Below are positions 15,322 to 23,534 of a stretch of DNA of 24,000 nucleotides, one piece after another; positions within the stretch are counted from its first letter, which is position 1; each line of letters starts with the position of its first letter. The stretch is from Candidatus Competibacteraceae bacterium (lineage in GTDB: Bacteria > Pseudomonadota > Gammaproteobacteria > Competibacterales > Competibacteraceae): contig RXIV01000011.1 in the NCBI GenBank assembly GCA_003989085.1, positions 51,588 to 75,587 of the forward strand, in the 5' to 3' direction. The position numbers and the translations under genes are program-made. The notes under the pieces were generated by a model that was given only the letters and a program-made list of their open reading frames with translations, was not told the DNA's origin and did no database searches.

Positions 15322-16956
15322 TCAGGCAACGTAGCCTGGAATCTGGTTGAGGTCCACCTCATCCAGTTGTTCCGGCTGCAAGTACTGCCGGGCATAGTCC
15401 AGCCAGACGCCTTCCCGGATGAAAACATCGAACAAATCCGGATCCAGCTCGTGGTTTTGCACCATCCGACCCAGGATGGTCAGTGTTTCGCTAAGCAGTT
15501 TGCCGGGTTTGTAAGGACGATCGACGGCCGTCAGGGCTTCAAACACATCGGCCAGACAGATAATCCGCGCCGGCAACGGCAACGCCGAGGCGTACAAGCC
15601 GCGATGATAGCCGCGCCCGTCGAGCTTCTCATGGTGGCTACCAGCGTATTCAGGCACCTTGCGCAAGGCTTTCGGCCACGGCAAAGCCTCCAGCATCTGC
15701 ATGGTCAGCGCCACATGCTCCTGAATAATGATCCGTTCGTCGGGATTCAGCGTGCCTTTGGGAATGCAAAGGTTGCCGATTTCCTCATCCGACAGGAATG
15801 GGCTTTCCCGACCATCCGGCCCTATCCAGCGCCGGGCGCCAATCCGCCGCACCCGCTCCTGCGCTGCCTCATCCATAAATTCACCACCGATATTGCTTTG
15901 GCGGAGGAAGGCGCGATCCGCCTCCAGTTCGTCCACCTGTTGCCGGAAACGCTGCTCCAGCGCCGGAATCGCCGTCAGTTCGCCACGTTCGAGCGCGGCC
16001 AGTCGTCCTGTCAGCCGTTCAATCTCTGCGTCGCGCCGGAGCACCTCGAAGCGGGTATCCACCAGAGCAATCCGGTCGAACAGAGTTTCCAGCTTGGTTG
16101 ACTTGTCCACCACATGCACCGGCGTGGCGATCTTGCCGCAATCGTGCAACAGCCCGGCAATCTTGAGTTCATACAGTTCGTCCGGGGTTGGACGAAAATC
16201 CTTGAGCAATCCCCGCTCGGAATGGCTGGCGGCGGCAGCGATCATCATGGTCAGCACCGGCACCCGCTGGCAGTGTGCGCCGGTATAGGGGGATTTATGA
16301 TCAATGGCGGTATTGATCAGCTGGATCAAACCCTCGAACAACTGCTGGAGCTGATCAAGCAACTGGTGATTGGTCAGGGCAATGGCCGCTTGGGAAGCCA
16401 GTGATTCCGCCAGTTGCCGGTCATCGGGCGAGAAGGTCCGCACCTGCCCGGTTTCCGGGTCGAGGGCGTTAATCAATTGGAAGACACCGATAATCCGCCC
16501 TTCATGATTTTTCATCGGCACGGTCAGGAAGGACCGGGAGCGATAGCCGGTCTTCTGGTCAAAACGCCGAGTCCCGGAGAAATCGAAGTCCTGATCGGTG
16601 TAGGCGTCGTCGATCATGATCGTCTTGTCGTGCAATACGGCGTAAGTGACGACCATGCCGGTCTGGGGTTGACCGTCCGGTGTGTATAGCGGAATCGGCG
16701 GGAACGGAATCGGCGAGCCACTGGCCCCGCCCATATAAAGTTGCAGTGAATCGCTGCGTAGTACCTCAAAGCGCAGACTCTGGCTCTCCTCATCCAGCAG
16801 ATAGAGTGTGCCGCCATCGGCGTTCAGCAGGCGCTTGGCCGCGATCAGGATAGTTTCCAGCAGCTTGGAGGTATCGCGTTCCTTCGACAGAGCGATGCCG
16901 ATCCGGTTGAGCTGTTCCAGACATTGCGCTAAATCCCTGGAATGGGATGGATGCAT
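15322..16956 (-). CDS. GAF-domain / HD-GYP-type c-di-GMP phosphodiesterase-like signalling protein
   Basis: 544 aa. N-terminal GAF-like region (..DGGTLYLLDEE..LRFEV..); HD motif LLHDCGKIATP; signature HHEKLDGRGYHRG (GYP reads GYH); ..LADVFEALTAVDRPYK. Confidence 0.85.
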   Translation of the reverse strand: MHPSHSRDLAQCLEQLNRIGIALSKERDTSKLLETILIAAKRLLNADGGTLYLLDEESQSLRFEVLRSDSLQLYMGGASGSPIPFPPIPLYTPDGQPQTGMVVTYAVLHDKTIMIDDAYTDQDFDFSGTRRFDQKTGYRSRSFLTVPMKNHEGRIIGVFQLINALDPETGQVRTFSPDDRQLAESLASQAAIALTNHQLLDQLQQLFEGLIQLINTAIDHKSPYTGAHCQRVPVLTMMIAAAASHSERGLLKDFRPTPDELYELKIAGLLHDCGKIATPVHVVDKSTKLETLFDRIALVDTRFEVLRRDAEIERLTGRLAALERGELTAIPALEQRFRQQVDELEADRAFLRQSNIGGEFMDEAAQERVRRIGARRWIGPDGRESPFLSDEEIGNLCIPKGTLNPDERIIIQEHVALTMQMLEALPWPKALRKVPEYAGSHHEKLDGRGYHRGLYASALPLPARIICLADVFEALTAVDRPYKPGKLLSETLTILGRMVQNHELDPDLFDVFIREGVWLDYARQYLQPEQLDEVDLNQIPGYVA

Positions 16957-17084
16957 GATCGTACCTTTAACAATGCGCGGAGTCGAAGTTGAGGATGGGT
17001 CGAAAGACGATGCCTAACGCCATTATAGGAGGCAAAATGATCGAATATGGTGACTGAACGGCGGAAGATCGCCTCCACCCAATC

Positions 17085-17100
17085 TTCACACCTTCCTCAC
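17085..17100 (+). promoter_or_regulatory. Near-consensus cre tag (CreB-binding direct repeat) upstream of creD
   Basis: TTCAC-ACCTTC-CTCAC at 17085-17100, against the published E. coli consensus TTCAC-N6-TTCAC (one mismatch). It ends 67 bp upstream of the creD ATG. Confidence 0.4.
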
Positions 17101-17167
17101 GCTTCGCTCATCGCCGCCACATCCGGGGTCATTAAGCTGGCCGCCTCATTCACCCGGAGGCGTTGCC

Positions 17168-18541
17168 ATGCGAAGCAGCCTGTTTGCCAAAATTGCCCTG
17201 ATTTTCCTGATTACTCTCATTCTAGCCGCTGGTCTGACCCGGATTAGCTTTCTGGTCGATGAGCGGACGGCGCGGCGTGACAGCGTGGTCGCCGACATCG
17301 CCGCCGCGACTGCGCGCGATCAAAGTGTGATCGGGCCGGTGCTGACGATTCCCTATACCCGGATCGTCAAGAGTTGGAAACCGAGCGAGAAAGATGAAAA
17401 CCGGATGATCGAAATCGAGAAACGCTTTACGGAGCAACTGTATCTGCTACCGGCGGATCTGGATATTCAGACCACTCTGAACACCGAAGCCGTGCGGCGC
17501 AGTCTCTATCAGGCGGTAGTTTTCGGGGCCAGCGCGGTCTTCAAAGGTCGGTTTGTCACTGACGGCGAGTTGCTGAAACCCGGTCCAAACGAGCAGATCA
17601 TCGTCGGTGAACCGCAATTGATCGTGGGCATTAGCGATCCACGCGGCATCCTGCGAGCGCCGGAGTTAACCTGGGCCGGTCAGCGTTTCGACTTTCTACC
17701 CGGCACCGGCGAAGAGCAAATGCCCAATGGCATCCACGCCCGCCCCAGCGGTATCCAGGTTAAGGAACCGTGGACTGCCGAATTTAGCTTCACGCTCGAT
17801 CTGCGCGGCACCCAGTCGTTTGGTCTTGCGCCGGTGGGCGACGCCACCCGAATCGGGGTGCGCGGCAGTTGGCCGCATCCCAGTTTCTACGGACAATTCC
17901 TGCCGGAAACCCGCGAAGTCACTGATACCGGTTTTACCGCCCATTGGGCCACTACCCGGCTGGCGACCAATATGCAACATCAGATCAGCGCTTATCTCAA
18001 CCATAATCAGGCGTTTAACACATTGATTGGGGTACGCTTTATTGATCCGACCGACAGCTACGCCCAGACTGACCGGGCGATGAAGTACGGATTGCTGTTC
18101 ATTGGCCTGACCTTCGCCGCCTTTTTCCTGTTTGAAGTCCTCAAGCGTCTGGCGATTCATCCCTTCCAATACGGACTGACCGGCGCGGCGCTGGTCCTGT
18201 TTTACCTGCTGTTGCTGTCGCTGTCCGAGCACCTGGATTTTGGTCTTGCCTATGCGATAGCCACCCTCGCCTGTGTGGCGCTGCTTGGCTACTATCTGGC
18301 TTATGTGCTGGGTAACTGGCGGCGGGGAGCCGGATTCGGGGCGTTGCTGGCTGGCGTATTCGGAATGCTGTATGTGCTGATCAGCCTTGAAGATCATGCC
18401 TTGCTGGCCGGCTCGTTCAGCCTGTTCGGATGCCTGACCCTGACGATGGTGCTAACCCGCAAGGTGGACTGGTACCAGTTGGGCGAGACGCTGGGACAAC
18501 GACGCAGCCCGGCCGCTGCGAGCGAAGCGCCGAATCGCTGA
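17168..18541 (+). CDS. creD: Inner-membrane cell-envelope integrity protein CreD
   Basis: 457 aa. N-terminal TM anchor, a large periplasmic region, and a C-terminal cluster of about 5 TM helices (..KYGLLFIGLTFAAFFLFE..). This is the layout and sequence character of the CreD family. Confidence 0.85.
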   Translation: MRSSLFAKIALIFLITLILAAGLTRISFLVDERTARRDSVVADIAAATARDQSVIGPVLTIPYTRIVKSWKPSEKDENRMIEIEKRFTEQLYLLPADLDIQTTLNTEAVRRSLYQAVVFGASAVFKGRFVTDGELLKPGPNEQIIVGEPQLIVGISDPRGILRAPELTWAGQRFDFLPGTGEEQMPNGIHARPSGIQVKEPWTAEFSFTLDLRGTQSFGLAPVGDATRIGVRGSWPHPSFYGQFLPETREVTDTGFTAHWATTRLATNMQHQISAYLNHNQAFNTLIGVRFIDPTDSYAQTDRAMKYGLLFIGLTFAAFFLFEVLKRLAIHPFQYGLTGAALVLFYLLLLSLSEHLDFGLAYAIATLACVALLGYYLAYVLGNWRRGAGFGALLAGVFGMLYVLISLEDHALLAGSFSLFGCLTLTMVLTRKVDWYQLGETLGQRRSPAAASEAPNR

Positions 18542-18614
18542 TAACCTTTGCTATGCTTTGCGCCATTTCCGCCCCTTGCCGCCCTACCGGCTTACTTGCC
18601 CGCTTCGAGGTCTG

Positions 18615-20438
18615 ATGAATATCCCGCAACACAGCCTGGCGCTGTACAAGAATGGTCCGGCCCGGGTGGTCGCGCTTGGCGATAAACTGGAAATTGAACT
18701 GGAGGATGGCCGGACACTGCGAGTTCGCCCCAAGGATATCGTATTGCTGCATCCCGGCCCGGTGCGTAGCCTGCGCGAGGTCGCGACCGCGCCGGTCGGC
18801 GCGGCAGAGGCGGAAGCGGCCTGCGAGTTGCTGGATGGCGGCCAAACCACTTTGGCGGAACTGGCGGAACTGGTGTGCGGCGACTACACACCAGTCACGG
18901 CCTGGGCCACCTGGCGTCTGGTGGATGAGGGCTTGTACTTCCACGGGACGCCAGAGGCGATTACCGCTCGGCTGTTGGCGGATGTCGCACGGGAACGAGA
19001 CTTGCGTGAGGCGAAAGCCGCGGAGCGGGAGGCTTGGAACGGCTTCCTGCAACGGGCGCGAGCGGGCTGCTGCGCCGCCCAAGATGCCCCTTATCTACGG
19101 GAAATCGAGGAAGTAGCCTGGGGTGAACGCGAGCAGAGCCGGGTATTGCAGGCGCTGGAAGTCAACCAGACCCCGGACAGCGCCCATGCCCTGCTGTTGC
19201 GGCTCCGGCACTGGGATGGGACGGCTAATCCCTGGCCGCGTCGGGTGGGAGCCATCTTGAGCCTGCCGATGATGGAGCTACCGGATCTGCCGGATGAACC
19301 GCGCCGGGATTTGACCGGACTGCCAGCCTTTGCCATTGACGACGAAGGGAATCTCGATCCCGATGACGCGCTCAGCCTGGATGGCGACCGCTTGTGGGTT
19401 CATGTCGCTGACGCCGCCGCCCTGATTGGGCCGGACAGTCCTGCGGATATCGAGGCGCGGGCGCGAGGCGCCACCCTGTATTTGCCGGAAACTACCATCC
19501 CGATGCTGCCGGCGGCGGTCATTCCCCGACTGGGACTGGGTTTGATCGAGATATCGCCGGCGCTGTCTTTCGGCTTAAACCTGGATGCGAATGGCGAGAT
19601 CATTGACGTAGAAATCACGCCGAGCTGGGTGCGAGTGCAGCGGTTGAGCTATGAAGACGTGGAAACGCGGCTGGATCAGGAGCCATTTCGCCGCCTGCAT
19701 GAACTGGCCGAACGTCACCAGGCACGCCGTCGCGCCAACGGCGCTGTTTTCATCGATCTGCCGGAAGTGAAAATGCAGGTGAGCCACGGGGAGGTCAGTA
19801 TCAAACCCTTGCCCCGGTTGCAAAGCCGGAAGCTAGTGGCCGAGGCGATGTTAATGGCTGGCGAGGCCGCCGCCCGGTTTGCGCTGGCTCAGAGGTTGCC
19901 CTTTCCGTTTACGACTCAGGAGGCTGCGGCGGATATTCCCGACCGGCAACCGACCAGTTTGGCGGCGATGTACGCCCTGCGCCGCAGCCTGCGACCACGT
20001 CAGTACCGCAGTCTGCCGGGGCCACATGGCGGGCTGGGGCTGGAAGCCTATGCCCAAGTGACCAGTCCACTGCGCCGCTATCTTGATCTGGTCACTCATC
20101 AGCAATTGCGAATTCTGTTGCGCGGCGGCGACCCGTTGGACGCTCAGGCGATTATTGAACGGGTCGGAGCGGCGGAAACGGCGGCGGGAGGGGTGCGACG
20201 GGCTGAGCGCTTGTCCCGTGAACACTGGACTCTGGTTTATCTCCAACAGCATCCGCACTGGCAGGGCGAGGGCATTTTGGTGGAGAAGCGGCCACCGCGC
20301 AGCGTGGTGCTGATTCCCGAACTGGCGATGGAAACACGGGTTAAGGTCAGTGAAAATGCATTGTTGGACAGTGGATTGCCACTGCGATTAACAGGAGTTG
20401 AATTGCCGGGGCGTGAGGCTTATTTCCGGATGGGATGA
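18615..20438 (+). CDS. RNB-domain 3'-5' exoribonuclease (RNase II/R family)
   Basis: Track ORF trimmed to ATG 18615 (GAGG at 18607-18610). 607 aa. RNB catalytic motifs AFAIDDEGNLDPDDALS and ..YAQVTSPLRRYLDLVTHQQL.. Small N-terminal and C-terminal OB/S1-like regions. Confidence 0.85.
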   Translation: MNIPQHSLALYKNGPARVVALGDKLEIELEDGRTLRVRPKDIVLLHPGPVRSLREVATAPVGAAEAEAACELLDGGQTTLAELAELVCGDYTPVTAWATWRLVDEGLYFHGTPEAITARLLADVARERDLREAKAAEREAWNGFLQRARAGCCAAQDAPYLREIEEVAWGEREQSRVLQALEVNQTPDSAHALLLRLRHWDGTANPWPRRVGAILSLPMMELPDLPDEPRRDLTGLPAFAIDDEGNLDPDDALSLDGDRLWVHVADAAALIGPDSPADIEARARGATLYLPETTIPMLPAAVIPRLGLGLIEISPALSFGLNLDANGEIIDVEITPSWVRVQRLSYEDVETRLDQEPFRRLHELAERHQARRRANGAVFIDLPEVKMQVSHGEVSIKPLPRLQSRKLVAEAMLMAGEAAARFALAQRLPFPFTTQEAAADIPDRQPTSLAAMYALRRSLRPRQYRSLPGPHGGLGLEAYAQVTSPLRRYLDLVTHQQLRILLRGGDPLDAQAIIERVGAAETAAGGVRRAERLSREHWTLVYLQQHPHWQGEGILVEKRPPRSVVLIPELAMETRVKVSENALLDSGLPLRLTGVELPGREAYFRMG

Positions 20439-20446
20439 GGATTACG

Positions 20447-21082
20447 ATGGACTCTGCTCAAATCCACCAACTGTTTAGCCGCTTGCAAGCCACCTGCCCA
20501 AAACCGACGACTGAATTACGTTATCACAGCCCGTTCGAGTTATTGATTGCAGTCATCCTGTCAGCGCAAGCCACCGATAAAAAAGTGAATGAAGCGACTG
20601 AATTGCTGTTTCAGGCCGCCTGTACTCCACAAGCGATTCTGGAGCTTGGCGATACGCGGCTGAAGGCGTACATCAGGACTATTGGTCTGTACAACGCTAA
20701 AGCCGCCAACATCCTCAAAACCTGCGCCTTGCTGCTGGAACAGCATGGTGGCGAGGTTCCCAGCAATCGGGCGGCGCTAGAAGCCTTGCCGGGAGTTGGA
20801 CGCAAAACCGCCAATGTCATGCTCAATACCGCGTTTGGTAAACCGACGATTGCCGTCGATACTCATATTTTCCGAGTCGCCAACCGGACTGGGCTGGCCT
20901 CGGGTAAAACCGTCCGGGAAGTCGAGGAGGGATTGCTGGCGGTGACGCCGGAGGAATTTAAACTGAGCGCTCATCATTGGCTGATTCTACACGGACGCTA
21001 TGTTTGCACCGCCCGCAAACCGCATTGCCTAGCGTGTCCAATCCGCGATCTTTGTGCTTATCCGCCACCGGAGACAAGTTGA
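20447..21082 (+). CDS. nth: Endonuclease III (DNA-(apurinic/apyrimidinic) lyase / glycosylase)
   Basis: ATG 20447 (GAGGA 5 nt upstream) gives 211 aa collinear with E. coli Nth from residue 1 (..PTTEL.YHSPFELLIAVILSAQATD). HhH-GPD (LPGVGRKTANV). 4Fe-4S ligands C-x6-C-x2-C-x5-C (CTARKPHCLACPIRDLC). The track start ATG 20435 overlaps the RNB stop and is an alternative. Confidence 0.93.
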   Translation: MDSAQIHQLFSRLQATCPKPTTELRYHSPFELLIAVILSAQATDKKVNEATELLFQAACTPQAILELGDTRLKAYIRTIGLYNAKAANILKTCALLLEQHGGEVPSNRAALEALPGVGRKTANVMLNTAFGKPTIAVDTHIFRVANRTGLASGKTVREVEEGLLAVTPEEFKLSAHHWLILHGRYVCTARKPHCLACPIRDLCAYPPPETS

Positions 21083-21514
21083 ATGTTTGGCAATGACCGC
21101 AATAGCCTGCGCCGCTATTACTACACTGTTTGGGAAAAAGCCAATACCGGTCAAGCACTGGAACCGCTGGAACGCCTGATTGCCGGAATCATCAGCGATC
21201 ATCCCGAGTATCAGCCCATGCTGGTTGATGCTGAAGCCGCATTACACCGGGACTATCTGCCGGAAATGGGGCAGACCAATCCGTTTTTACACCTTGGAAT
21301 GCACATTGCCATCCATGAACAACTGGGTAGCGACCGGCCTGCCGGCATTCTCGGTGTTTATCAGCAGCTTTGCCGAAAAGCGGGCGACAGCCATGAGGCT
21401 GAACACCAAATGATGGACTGTCTGGGCGAAACTTTATGGGAAGCCCAGCGCAATGGCCGGGAGCCAGATGAACAAGCGTATCTGGCAAGACTCATGCGGA
21501 AGCTCAGAAATTAA
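21083..21514 (+). CDS. DUF1841 family protein
   Basis: 143 aa. MFGNDRNSLRRYYYTVWEKA..LEPLERLIAGIISDHPEY.. matches my memory of DUF1841. The ATG immediately follows the nth stop (TGAATG). Confidence 0.75.
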   Translation: MFGNDRNSLRRYYYTVWEKANTGQALEPLERLIAGIISDHPEYQPMLVDAEAALHRDYLPEMGQTNPFLHLGMHIAIHEQLGSDRPAGILGVYQQLCRKAGDSHEAEHQMMDCLGETLWEAQRNGREPDEQAYLARLMRKLRN

Positions 21515-21519
21515 AGGCT

Positions 21520-21548
21520 AAAAACTACAGAGGCTCCGCAGAGCCTCT
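21520..21548 (-). terminator. Rho-independent terminator for the GT4 glycogen-synthase gene (may also serve the convergent DUF1841 gene)
   Basis: AGAGGCTC (21529-21536), loop CGCA, GAGCCTCT (21541-21548). On the minus strand the hairpin is followed by GTAGTTTTT (A-run 21520-24 on the plus strand). Confidence 0.6.
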
Positions 21549-21581
21549 TGAATCATCCGCTCTAAGTGCAGCTCGACCGGC

Positions 21582-22811
21582 TCAGCTCCGGTTGGGTCGC
21601 AGCCGGCGATAGAGATCGTAAGTCTGCTGGGCGATACTCCGCCAACTGTAGTACTGCTCCACTCGTTCGCGGCCCGCCTGACCCATCCGTTCGCGCAGTG
21701 CGGGATCAGCCGCCAGTCGGTTAATGGCGTCGGCCAACCCATGCTCAAAACGGGCTGGCGCGACGGGATCATGCGGCGATTCCGCCGACAGGTGCGGGTC
21801 CACCAGAAAGCCGGTTTCGCCGTCCACCACCACTTCGTTGATGCCGCCCACCGCGCTGCCGACTACCGGAATGCCGCAAGCCATCGCCTCCAGATTGATG
21901 ATCCCGAACGGTTCGTAAATCGACGGGCAGCAGAAAATGGCGGCATGGGAGTAGAGCGCGATGGTGGTTTGCCGCGACACCATCTTGGGAATCCAGACAA
22001 TGCCGTCGCGATGGGTTTGCAGCTCTTGCACCATATCTTCCATTTCGCGTTGCATCGCCAGGGTGTCGGCATCACCGGCGCACAGCACAATTTGCAACTT
22101 GGGATCGAGATGCGGAATCGCTTGCAGCAGATAGTACAACCCCTTTTGCCGGGTCATCCGCCCGACAAACAGCACATAAGGCCGGTTGGGATCAACGCCG
22201 AGCGCGGCAATCGCTTCAGGGGCGTGAACATCCCGGTATTCTTCAGTATCAATCCCGTTGGGAATGACGACGACCCGGGTCGGCTCCACGTCAAACAGCC
22301 GCAGAATATCGTCGCGGGTGCTGCGCGACACGGCAATGATCGCGTCGGCCGTTTCCAGCGCGGTTTTTTCGATCCAACGCGACAGATCGTAGCCGTGACC
22401 CAGTTGATCACGCTTCCAGGGCCGTAGAGGCTCCAGCGAATGAACGGTGATCACCATCGGGATGTTGTAGAGAATCTTGGCGAGAATCCCGCTGAAGTGG
22501 GCGTACCAAGTATGACAATGGATGATTTCAGCCGCCCCTTCCAGATCGCCAATGCCTTGGCCAACGAATGCAAGACAAGTGCTGAGCGCCTTGAGCGGCG
22601 AGACAAACGATTGCGGGCAGCCGGCAAAATGAGTGGTATCCATCTTGATGCCGCGCACATGCAACTGGCCCTCGTCTACGGTCTGGTCGTGGAAGCTGCG
22701 GACTTCAACCGGGGTCAGCTTGGCCAGCTCGCGGGACAGGTATTCGACATGGACGCCCGCGCCACCGTAGACGTAGGGGGGATATTCATTGGTAGTCAGC
22801 AGAACGCGCAT
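21582..22811 (-). CDS. glgA: GT4 glycogen synthase of the Corynebacterium/mycobacterial GlgM type
   Basis: Track ORF trimmed to ATG 22811 (AAGGGAG SD). 409 aa. The N-terminus MRVLLTTNEYPPYVYGGAGVHVEYLSRELAK closely resembles the actinobacterial GlgA/GlgM N-terminus as I recall it. C-terminal E-x7-E (EPFGIINLEAMACGIP). Confidence 0.75.
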   Translation of the reverse strand: MRVLLTTNEYPPYVYGGAGVHVEYLSRELAKLTPVEVRSFHDQTVDEGQLHVRGIKMDTTHFAGCPQSFVSPLKALSTCLAFVGQGIGDLEGAAEIIHCHTWYAHFSGILAKILYNIPMVITVHSLEPLRPWKRDQLGHGYDLSRWIEKTALETADAIIAVSRSTRDDILRLFDVEPTRVVVIPNGIDTEEYRDVHAPEAIAALGVDPNRPYVLFVGRMTRQKGLYYLLQAIPHLDPKLQIVLCAGDADTLAMQREMEDMVQELQTHRDGIVWIPKMVSRQTTIALYSHAAIFCCPSIYEPFGIINLEAMACGIPVVGSAVGGINEVVVDGETGFLVDPHLSAESPHDPVAPARFEHGLADAINRLAADPALRERMGQAGRERVEQYYSWRSIAQQTYDLYRRLRPNRS

Positions 22812-22945
22812 TGTTGTTGTACTCCCTTGGCCGGGTGTGCGGCGATAGGTGGGGACGAGTTGCGATGGAGCGTCAGTCAGAATCAATCAACCTTTGAATT
22901 ATGCCAAGCGAAACGGGGTTTTTGAACGGGTGACCGCAGCCTCAT

Positions 22946-23524
22946 TCAAAATGCCGCCGCCAACACCCGAACCTCTTCCAGCATCGCCCGCCGCGCCGTC
23001 TGGGTCACGCCAGTGACTTCATAGAACGCCTGGTACGTGACCTGGTGGACCCCACAAGCTCTGAGAATACCTTCGGTCATTGGCCGCGCCAGCAGTTCAT
23101 GCCAATCCTGTCGATGGTAGCTGGCTTCATCGCCGCCCAAGGTGTTGAGAATCAGCGCCCGCTCATGGGTCAGCAGCCCTTTCATGCCCTCGGCACCGAA
23201 GTCGAAAGCGAATTTGCGGGTGAACACCCGGTCGATCCAGCCTTTCAGAATCGCCGGCGGCCCAAACCACCAGATCGGGTAGATGAACGCCAAACCCTGC
23301 GCCCATAACACGGATTCCTGTTCCCGCCGAACATCTTCTGCAGGTTCACCGCGCCAGTTGCGATTCAAATCGTCGCTGTCCAGCACCGCACGAAACCGCA
23401 TCCGATACAGATCATGGGTTTGGGTCAGGTGGCCCCGGTCGCGCAAAGCAGCGTCCAGCGTGTGCAAAATAGCCTGGTTAAAACTGCGGGGGTTGGGATG
23501 AGCGTAGACGATCAGGACGTTCAT
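22946..23524 (-). CDS. Flavodoxin-like fold NAD(P)H-dependent (quinone) oxidoreductase
   Basis: Track ORF trimmed to ATG 23524, giving MNVLIVYAHPNPRSFNQAIL.. (Flavodoxin_2 / NQO-type N-terminus), ..IYPIWWFGPPAILKGWIDRV.. 192 aa. Starts 10 bp after the stop of the upstream FAH gene. Confidence 0.8.
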   Translation of the reverse strand: MNVLIVYAHPNPRSFNQAILHTLDAALRDRGHLTQTHDLYRMRFRAVLDSDDLNRNWRGEPAEDVRREQESVLWAQGLAFIYPIWWFGPPAILKGWIDRVFTRKFAFDFGAEGMKGLLTHERALILNTLGGDEASYHRQDWHELLARPMTEGILRACGVHQVTYQAFYEVTGVTQTARRAMLEEVRVLAAAF

Positions 23525-23534
23525 GCGCAGGCGC

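Noticed and set aside
15367-16101. 244-aa and 186-aa plus-strand ORFs antisense to the GAF/HD-GYP gene
   Set aside because: Shadow ORFs. The minus frame carries unambiguous HD and HHE..DG.GY motifs.
17696-19082. 233-aa and 221-aa minus-strand ORFs antisense to creD and the RNB gene
   Set aside because: Low-complexity Gln/Arg/Gly-rich products with no motifs. The plus-strand genes are well supported.
21741-22427. 228-aa plus-strand ORF antisense to the glycogen synthase gene
   Set aside because: Shadow ORF with Arg/His/Gly-rich composition. The opposite frame has GT4 motifs.
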